Sequence record: NZ_CP090413.1
Direction: 5' to 3' (one strand)
Origin: a plasmid
Length of the DNA: 41,785 nt
How positions within the stretch are numbered: the stretch's first letter is position 1; the number at the start of each line of letters is the position of its first letter. The notes under the pieces are model-generated. The model was given only the letters and a program-made list of their open reading frames with translations. It did not search any database and was not told the origin of the DNA. This document shows, piece by piece, positions 8,305-15,585 of this stretch. A program made the translations under genes and the position numbers.

Positions 8305-9171
8305 ATGAAGCTAACAACAACGGACTTAACAAAAAGATATGGTCAAAAAACGGTAGTTAAAAATCTGAATCTTGAAATACCGGCTCAATCGTTAGTTGCC
8401 TTTCTAGGGAATAATGGTGCTGGCAAGTCGACAACAATTTCGATGCTGATTGGTTTGTTGAAACCAACTGCTGGTCAAATTAATTTTCTTGATGAGCATA
8501 ATCAACCATGCCAACCCAAAATTGGAGTAGTTTTTCAAAATAGTATTCTTGATAATGAATTGACCGTCAAAGAAAATTTGTATTTTCGGGCAATGATGCA
8601 GGGAAAACAGTCGGTTGCTAATATTGGAAAAGTGACAGAGGTTTTGGGATTGAGCAACTTCCTTGAGCAAAAATATGGTAGTTTATCCGGTGGTCAAAAA
8701 CGACGTGTTGATATTGCGCGTGCCTTATTGAATGACCCCGACTTTTTATTTTTAGATGAGCCAACTACTGGATTAGATATTCAAACTCGGACGGTCATTT
8801 GGCAGCTGTTAAATGATCTGCGTCAAAAAAATAATTTGACTATTTTTTTAACAACACATTACTTAGAAGAAGCTCATGATGCTAATCTGGTTTATATCGT
8901 TAATCAAGGGGCAGTCATTGCTTGTGGTTCTGCAGCAGAAATAATTGCAGCAAATACTGAGAATTATCTTGAGATTAGGACATCGCACAAGTTTGCCTTT
9001 CCAGCTAATTGTGAAAAAGTTGGTCAAGATCAGTATCGTATAATCGATCTTCCAATTTCAGCTGCGATTGATTTTCTAGCACAGAGTCGAGCAGTAATTG
9101 AGCAATTTGAGTATCATCATGGCACACTTGACGATGCATTTATGAATTTAACTGGAAAGGAGCTGCAATAA
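8305..9171 (+). CDS. ABC transporter ATP-binding protein (ABC-2 exporter type)
   Basis: Walker A GNNGAGKST, signature LSGGQKRRVDIA, Walker B FLFLDEPTTGLD, RBS aagaggagagtgag. Confidence 0.85.
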   Translation: MKLTTTDLTKRYGQKTVVKNLNLEIPAQSLVAFLGNNGAGKSTTISMLIGLLKPTAGQINFLDEHNQPCQPKIGVVFQNSILDNELTVKENLYFRAMMQGKQSVANIGKVTEVLGLSNFLEQKYGSLSGGQKRRVDIARALLNDPDFLFLDEPTTGLDIQTRTVIWQLLNDLRQKNNLTIFLTTHYLEEAHDANLVYIVNQGAVIACGSAAEIIAANTENYLEIRTSHKFAFPANCEKVGQDQYRIIDLPISAAIDFLAQSRAVIEQFEYHHGTLDDAFMNLTGKELQ

Positions 9172-9172
9172 A

Positions 9173-10033
9173 ATGCTGCCATTAATAAGACGAAATTTAA
9201 AATTATTTTTCCGTAATCGAGCTGGAGTATTTTTTTCTTTGTTAGGAGCCTTAATTTCTTTTGGACTATTTATTATTTTTTTGAAGTCTAACATGTTAGA
9301 TTCGTGGAAACAATTGCAGCATCCAGCCAGAGTACTTGATCTTTGGGTAATTGGCGGGACATTGGCCGTGGCCAGTATTACTACGACTTTAAGTGCTTTA
9401 TCCAGAATGGTGTCAGACCTTGAATATCGGGTTTTTGATGATTTGATTTTAACTGGTTTAAGTCGCTTGAAAATTCGACTCAGTTATGTTTTGGCAGCAA
9501 CAATTATTGGAACTCTATTGCAAATAGCACTTTTTTTAATAATGGTTAGTTATTTTTCTTGGGTTGATGGCATCAGTATTCCTGGATATATCACTTTTCA
9601 AGTGTTGATAGTTACAATTTTAGCATCATTTTCAGCAAGTGTGTTGAATTTCATTCTAGTTTATCGGATGAAAAATATTGATACTGTTGGCAAGTTTTCT
9701 TCAATCGTTGGGGCAGCTTCAGGATTTTTAGTGGGAATTTATATTCCAATCGGTGTTTTGCCAACTTTTGCGCAAAATTTAGTCAAGTTAACACCAGGGG
9801 CTTATGTAGCAGCAATCTATCGTCAGCTGTTGATGCATGATATACTGAAAAACGTTCAACCAAATATTTTGCATAATTTACAAAAAACACTGGGAATTGG
9901 AATTAATTTAAATGGTAATCTAACCACAAAATTGCAAAACTTTGCAATAGTTACCGGTGTAACCGTAATTTTATTAATAATTATCTTGATTACCAACAAA
10001 CATGATCAAAATAAATCTGTTAGTACGGAGTGA
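9173..10033 (+). CDS. ABC-2 family transporter permease
   Basis: Six predicted hydrophobic spans. Start overlaps or abuts the ATPase stop, typical of two-gene ABC-2 exporter operons. Confidence 0.7.
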   Translation: MLPLIRRNLKLFFRNRAGVFFSLLGALISFGLFIIFLKSNMLDSWKQLQHPARVLDLWVIGGTLAVASITTTLSALSRMVSDLEYRVFDDLILTGLSRLKIRLSYVLAATIIGTLLQIALFLIMVSYFSWVDGISIPGYITFQVLIVTILASFSASVLNFILVYRMKNIDTVGKFSSIVGAASGFLVGIYIPIGVLPTFAQNLVKLTPGAYVAAIYRQLLMHDILKNVQPNILHNLQKTLGIGINLNGNLTTKLQNFAIVTGVTVILLIIILITNKHDQNKSVSTE

Positions 10034-10038
10034 AATAA

Positions 10039-10491
10039 ATGGAAGTACGATTTGAAAAAAACATTATAACTGGCGAAGAAATTGAAGTAATCGTTAAAGC
10101 AAATCGTTTAACTAATAATGTCAAGAGTTTAATGGCTTATATTAATCAATTTGATCAGAAGCCACATCGAATTCTACCAATTAAAACCAATGACAGTATC
10201 ATAATTGTTAAGGTGGATGATATTATCTTAGTTGATGTGCAAAAAAATACGTTGTCAATCGAAACATTGACCGCTAAGTATCTGATACAAGAACGATTGT
10301 ATAAGTTTATCCAGAAACTGCCTAAAGATATCTTTGTTCAAGTGTCAAAACATGCAGTAATTAACCTTGATTATTTGCTGTCACTTGAAGATAGCTTTGC
10401 TGGTTCGATGACTGCTAAAATGGAAAAGAGTTTGCGAACTAGTGTTAGCCGCAAGTATTTAAGCGATCTGGAAGAACATTTAGGACTTTAA
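10039..10491 (+). CDS. Stand-alone LytTR-family DNA-binding regulator (no receiver domain)
   Basis: The C-terminal approximately 100 aa (IILVDVQKNTLSIETLTAKYLIQERLYKFIQKLPKDIFVQVSKHAVINLDYLLSLED) fits the LytTR fold. The N-terminal 50 aa is too short for a REC domain. Confidence 0.7.
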   Translation: MEVRFEKNIITGEEIEVIVKANRLTNNVKSLMAYINQFDQKPHRILPIKTNDSIIIVKVDDIILVDVQKNTLSIETLTAKYLIQERLYKFIQKLPKDIFVQVSKHAVINLDYLLSLEDSFAGSMTAKMEKSLRTSVSRKYLSDLEEHLGL

Positions 10492-10504
10492 AGGGTGAAT
10501 TGTT

Positions 10505-10909
10505 ATGTCAAAAAATTTCAGAAATGTAATCAATTGTTTTACAAACGGAGTCGGATATGGTGCAACAACTTTTTTATTGTTTGTTGCCTTTGATGGGTTT
10601 CAGAGTGTAACAACATTTAATGTGCTAAGTGTTTTAATCATTAGTGGGTTAATTGGGGTGCTGACTTTAGTTTTTGACCTAGATAATTGGTCATACTTGG
10701 TTGAACTGTTGCTCCATTTTCTCGGGGCCTTTAGTTTGATTCTAGTGATGATGTGGTTGAATCATTGGCTGAGCTTACAAAATTGGTTGAATTTTTGCAT
10801 CAGCTTTATAGGAATTTATTTAATTATCTTTTTTATTGTCAAGATGAAAATAGCTTCTGATGTCAAACGGGTTAATCAAAAATTGTCTGAACGGCATCAG
10901 AAGAAATGA
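10505..10909 (+). CDS. Small polytopic membrane protein (DUF3021-like), probable membrane partner of the LytTR regulator
   Basis: 134 aa with four hydrophobic helices and a basic C-terminal tail. Immediately downstream of the LytTR gene, which is the arrangement of LytTR regulatory systems (regulator plus membrane inhibitor). Confidence 0.5.
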   Translation: MSKNFRNVINCFTNGVGYGATTFLLFVAFDGFQSVTTFNVLSVLIISGLIGVLTLVFDLDNWSYLVELLLHFLGAFSLILVMMWLNHWLSLQNWLNFCISFIGIYLIIFFIVKMKIASDVKRVNQKLSERHQKK

Positions 10910-11018
10910 GTGGGATCGTCGCATTTTTTAAAATGTTGATAAAGCTAGAAAATTGAATTTGAAGCGATCTTTAAAAGCCAGATTAAATCTGATTGAAAAG
11001 ATTGCTTTTTTAATAGCT

Positions 11019-12517
11019 GGTTAATAACATTTACAAGTAGAGCTTTGGCTTTTGATGATACTTATTTGTGCTGCGATTAAGCAACGTCTGTTTTTAAAGG
11101 AGAGTGTCAAGAATGTTGTGTAAAAAAGGAAACTTCGTCCGCATGAATTGACAATTCTAAAACATCGAATCAAGCGTGTCGTGACAGTCCTTGAATCCCC
11201 GATGTGCTCGATTCTCAAATTTATCGTTGTACTCCATTACTTGCGTCATGATAAAGCGATCGAGGGCCCCTTCGTTTGGAAACTGCTCTTTACGTCGGGC
11301 CATCTTCTTCAGGCTCTTATTAAACGACTCAATTAGGTTCGTCGAGTAGATGGTCTGACGGATCGCAGTTGGAAAACTGAAGAACGTGAATAGCTCCGCC
11401 ATTTGGACTAGATTCTTAATTCGACGCTTATAACTAGACTCCCACTTAGCACTGAAAGCCGCCAATCGTTCTTTGGCGGCTTGTAGGTTCTCTGCTTGCC
11501 GAATGGCCTTAAAGTCGGTGATAATCTCCCTGCGATCGTTTTTGCGAACGTATCCTAAAAGGTTGCGCTCTGCGTGGACCCAGCACCGTTGAAACTTCGC
11601 CTGCGGGTAGTTAGCCTCAATCGCAGATTGAAGTCCAACTAAACCGTCGACGATGAACAACTGAATATCTTTAATCCCCCGTGCGCGTAATCCCTGGAGT
11701 AGTTCAGACCAAGCGGCTCCGTTCTCGGTCGGTGCGATACTGTAGTCAAGAACTACCTTACCACCGTCACTTCGAATTCCGATCGCTACGTTAACGGCTT
11801 CTCGTTCAACGGTACCACGGCGTAACGGAATGTAAGTAGCATCGAGGAACACACAGACGTACTGTGAGTACTTGAATTTGCGCTCATGGAACTCTTCAAC
11901 CAGGTGTTCCGTCCGCTTAGTGATGTTTGAAACCGTGGTTGGTGAGTAGTAGTGGCCGTACATTCTCTCGACCATATCAGCGATTTCACGAGTTGTGACG
12001 CCCTTGGAGTACATCTTGATGACCATTTCCTCCAGTCCATCAGTTCCGACGCATGTAAAGAGGGAAGAGGGCGTTTTGAAACTTGTTTAACCGGTCCCGT
12101 GGGATCGTCAGATTAATTTCACCGTACTTAGTGTCGATAGTGCGGGTGTACGTCCCGTTCCGGTAGTTCACGTCGTCTTTTGATCGGTCGATCCGAGTAT
12201 GTGGTTCGTAGCCTAGCACCGCAGTCAGTTCATTTTGAAGGAACTGATTAGCGGCCACTTCGATTTGACGACGTAAGACTTCATTCAGGGTAATATCTTT
12301 GTCTGAAGATAGCGCTGCGATAATATCTTTGTTAAACTGGTTCATGGGGAAAGCCTCCGTATTCTGATTGGTTTTTAGCGATTTCAATCATACGGGGAAG
12401 GCTTTTCCTTTTTCAATACCCTCAAGGTATCAATTTACACAAAATATTTTACACTCCCTTCCTTTCAGATTTTACAAAGTCCTATTTAGAATTTACACCA
12501 ATTATACGGACATAACC
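11019..12517 (-). mobile_element. IS256-family insertion sequence, full length (approximately 1.5 kb), transposase frameshifted
   Basis: The right end at 12517 (reverse complement ggttatgtccgtataattggtgtaaattctaaataggactttgtaaaatctgaaagga) is near-identical to the ends of the truncated copies. The left end is tentatively placed at 11019 (ggttaataacatttacaag), 138 bp from the transposase stop. Left boundary uncertain. Confidence 0.65.
11157..12387 (-). pseudogene. IS256-family transposase split by a frameshift near 12030-12040
   Basis: ORF 12040-12387 (...INLTIPRDRLNKFQNALFPLYMRRN*) and ORF 11157-12026 (MVIKMYSKGVTTREIADMVERMYG...DDE region...) together make a full IS256-type Tnp of about 400 aa. 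The +1 frame across the junction reads TDGLEEMVIKMYSK, which would join the two parts. Confidence 0.8.
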
Positions 12518-12644
12518 AAAAGACAGCCACCGCCCTTAAAACTTCTTGCGAAGTTTATTATACAAAGAAACTCGCAACAACATCAATCAGATCGAAGTAC
12601 TAGATTTTGTTTAACGTAGTAACAAAATAAAGGAGAGGCTACCA

Positions 12645-12770
12645 ATGTGTGTACCTAATTTATTGCAGTTTGTACCTAATGATTATATTGCAAATAATTA
12701 TTTAAAAACTAATTTTTATTTAAAAGATGTTCTATGCTATAGAAAATTGGTCTCCTTCCATTCATGCTGA
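12645..12770 (+). CDS. Candidate small ORF (41 aa) with strong RBS
   Basis: aaaggagagg then ATG 7 nt downstream. Encodes MCVPNLLQFVPNDYIANNYLKTNFYLKDVLCYRKLVSFHSC. Not in the provided track (shorter than 60 aa). No recognisable family. Confidence 0.15.
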   Translation: MCVPNLLQFVPNDYIANNYLKTNFYLKDVLCYRKLVSFHSC

Positions 12771-12842
12771 TGTTCCATTAGTAAAAGTCTTAGTGTCATG
12801 CTTTTCTTATTGATTATCATGGCTTTTCTTTTGCCTATTCTC

Positions 12843-12883
12843 AAAAAGCCCGCTACCTTCCTAATGAGGTAACGGGCCTTTTG
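12843..12883. terminator. Bidirectional rho-independent terminator
   Basis: aaaaagcccgctacc-ttcctaatga-ggtaacgggcctttt: 10-bp stem (one mismatch) flanked by A-run and T-run, directly after the stop of the minus-strand gene 12894-13346. Confidence 0.5.
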
Positions 12884-12893
12884 ATATAATTTC

Positions 12894-13346
12894 CTATCCA
12901 AATAGTCCAGCTTTCTTCCAGCCACATTGTTTCAAATAATCTCGAATCGACTTTTTAATGATTGAAGTATCTAACCTAGATTCAACAATTCCAACTTTAC
13001 CGCTCTCCTTGTCCTGTCCAATACCAAAAGAAATACTTTTCTGATAAGTCTTTCCCTTAGAAAAGGAGATGTCTTTACTGAAAGATAATTTACCGTTATG
13101 CATCCTAATACTTGATATCTTGCTAGAAGTGCTATCAACCTCCTTCCATTTCCCGTTATCTTTCAAAGTAACTGTAAAAGTAAACTCTTTGTCCTCATCG
13201 GAGATTCCACCCTCAGTGAAAAACCGGGCATCCATCCATTTCCATGTACCAATAATCGAATCTCCTTCAACAGTAACTTTCCAAGGATTGTTATCAGAAT
13301 TTAGAACCTTTGGTGCGTCGCTTAAAACTTTTTCTTTCTCAATCAT
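12894..13346 (-). CDS. Hypothetical cytoplasmic protein (150 aa), beta-rich, no recognisable family
   Basis: Good RBS aaggagatga 6 nt before ATG, a tattataag -10 upstream, and the terminator downstream. No signal peptide or TM. No similarity recognised from memory. Confidence 0.5.
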   Translation of the reverse strand: MIEKEKVLSDAPKVLNSDNNPWKVTVEGDSIIGTWKWMDARFFTEGGISDEDKEFTFTVTLKDNGKWKEVDSTSSKISSIRMHNGKLSFSKDISFSKGKTYQKSISFGIGQDKESGKVGIVESRLDTSIIKKSIRDYLKQCGWKKAGLFG

Positions 13347-13649
13347 AAGAAATCATCTCCTTCTTTTGATAATCATTACTAAACATAACTAATCTTATAA
13401 TACCAAGAAGACCAGTCATATCGCCAGTAGTAAACCTGATCATACTATAACCGTAGTATACAATATCAATGATTCTAGATATAGCAAGAAGCAAAAATTG
13501 ATCGATTGTCCGGCCGATTTTATTAACTAGGGGCGATGTATCATGTAGAAATGATAAGCCGACGTCCATATGGAGCCATGATGATGGGATTTTCACCAGA
13601 TTAAAGCCATATTGGCCAATCGACAAGACATCGACGGCTTTGGCACAAT

Positions 13650-13725
13650 CCTGAAGATTATTCTATGTTTCCATGGGCCTCACCTCACAAGGGAAAAGAC
13701 AGCCACTGCCCTTAAAACTTCTTGC
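13650..13725. repeat. Intact copy of an approximately 76-bp sequence that is split by IS insertions elsewhere (7094-7146 and 12518-12549)
   Basis: cctgaagattattctatgtttccatgggcctcacctcacaagggaaaagacag|ccactgcccttaaaacttcttgc. The left half reappears at 7094-7146 (abutting the IS copy A end) and the right half at 12518-12549 (abutting the full IS end). Confidence 0.6.
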
Positions 13726-14099
13726 TCAATCCATTATACAGGAAAATTAAAAATCAACCAAGAACAATAAAACTGCTCTTGACAGCAAAGGAAAGCTACA
13801 ACCCTAGCAAGGTCAGCAAGCAAGGCTAATAGTACTGCTGCAATGGGAAATAACAAGTGTCCAGTAGGGCGGGTCCAAGAGCGGGCACAAATCCTACCAG
13901 ACAGTACAATTACAAAAGTAAAGAAGGTCATAAAATCAGCTACTAGAGGGAACTGTGGTAAAAGACAAATAAGATGGTTAAATGATGACTATAAAGTCAA
14001 GTCAGATAAACAGGTATTTGAGCATATAAATTGCTTTTGACATCTTACTTACTTATAATAAGTACAATAATAAATGACTAGTAAAAGGCGGGTAAAACA

Positions 14100-15449
14100 A
14101 TGGATAAATTTAAAAATATTATTATTGGATTTGGTAAGGCGGGTAAGACATTAGCTAAGTACTTGGCGCAGCATGATGAGACCGTGCTTCTGATCGAACG
14201 GTCAAAACAAATGTATGGAGGGACTTGCATCAATGTTGGCTGCCTACCATCTAAAAATTTAATTTTAAATGGTCAACGTGGCTTAGACTTTACTGCGGCA
14301 GTTAATAAGCGTGGTGAGATGACTAGACAGTTGCGAGACAAAAACTATCACATGGTGGCTGATGAGCCACTAGCAACGGTTTGGAATGGGTCAGCCCGTT
14401 TTATCGACAATTATGTTTTGGCAGTCGTAATGAGTGATGGAACAACTAAGAAGGTGAGAGGTGAACGCATCTTCATTAATACTGGAGCGGTTCCAAATTG
14501 GCCATCAATCCCAGGGCTAGAATTCGGTCAGCGGATTTTTACGTCTAAAGAAGCTATGGAATTGAAGAAACAACCGAAACGACTAGCAATTATTGGCGGC
14601 GGTTATATTGGCCTTGAATTTGCTGGAATGTTTAATTCATTTGGTACGCATGTAACGATTTTCGACCAACATACCAGATTGTTAGAGCGCGAAGATCCTG
14701 ATATTGCGACCGAGGTCGTAACAGATCTGACTGACGCAGGGATCGAGATTAAACCGGAGACTCAACTAACTCAAGTAAAAGATAATGGTGAGAAGGTTAC
14801 GTTATATTATCAACAAGGTGATCAAACTAACACTGCGGAATTTGATGCGGTATTAGTTGCAGTCGGTCGACGACCTAATATAAGTAGTTTAGGACTAGAA
14901 AATACTGATATTGCTTTAACCAATCGCGGTGCTATTCAGGTCGATGATCATTTAAGAACTACAGTACAAAACATTTGGGCTTTAGGTGACGTTAATGGTG
15001 GCCCTATGTTCACTTATGTCTCATTGGATGATTTTCGTATTATCATAGATCAATTGTTTGGTAAGGGGAATCGATCAACGGCTGATCGATCGGTAATACC
15101 AACTGCTTCATTCCTAAATCCACCGCTGGCCAACGTTGGCTTAAATGAACGTCAGGCCAAGAGTGCAGGTTATAACTTTCAAACTTTCAAGCTATCAGTT
15201 AAGGCGATTCCAAAGGCCCGTGTTTTAGAGGATCAACGTGGACTCTATAAGGTAATCATTGATCAAAATACACATTGTATTTTAGGGGCAACTTTGTATG
15301 CCGCTGAGGCTCATGAAACTATTAATCTAATTGCATTAGCGATAAAGGCCAAATTACCCTATGAAAAATTACGCGACATGATCTATACTCACCCAACAAT
15401 GTCTGAAGCCTTGAATGACCTTTTTAAGACTCTGGTTGTGAAAAACTAG
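14100..15449 (+). CDS. Class I pyridine nucleotide-disulfide oxidoreductase (Lpd/Gor-like flavoprotein)
   Basis: FAD Rossmann GxGxxG (IIGFGKAGKT), redox-active disulfide GGTCINVGCLPSK, second NAD(P) GxGxxG (IIGGGYIGLE), and a C-terminal dimerisation region ending HPTMSEALND. Confidence 0.8.
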   Translation: MDKFKNIIIGFGKAGKTLAKYLAQHDETVLLIERSKQMYGGTCINVGCLPSKNLILNGQRGLDFTAAVNKRGEMTRQLRDKNYHMVADEPLATVWNGSARFIDNYVLAVVMSDGTTKKVRGERIFINTGAVPNWPSIPGLEFGQRIFTSKEAMELKKQPKRLAIIGGGYIGLEFAGMFNSFGTHVTIFDQHTRLLEREDPDIATEVVTDLTDAGIEIKPETQLTQVKDNGEKVTLYYQQGDQTNTAEFDAVLVAVGRRPNISSLGLENTDIALTNRGAIQVDDHLRTTVQNIWALGDVNGGPMFTYVSLDDFRIIIDQLFGKGNRSTADRSVIPTASFLNPPLANVGLNERQAKSAGYNFQTFKLSVKAIPKARVLEDQRGLYKVIIDQNTHCILGATLYAAEAHETINLIALAIKAKLPYEKLRDMIYTHPTMSEALNDLFKTLVVKN

Positions 15450-15585
15450 CACCCTAGAAGCATAAAGAAAGAACCGTTTGGAATTTCAAATGAAACTCTA
15501 AACGGTTCTTCTTCTTAGGAGGCTTATGTCATAAACCCTCTAATAAATTACCTATATTAGTCCACTAAAGGCCATCCAATCATGA

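Noticed and set aside
13069-13626. Plus-strand 107-aa and minus-strand 95-aa ORFs around the 12894-13346 gene
   Set aside because: Antisense to or overlapping a gene with proper RBS and terminator. No translation signals.
13843-14040. 65-aa ORF upstream of the first oxidoreductase
   Set aside because: No RBS and no recognisable family. It lies in the promoter region of the 14100 gene.
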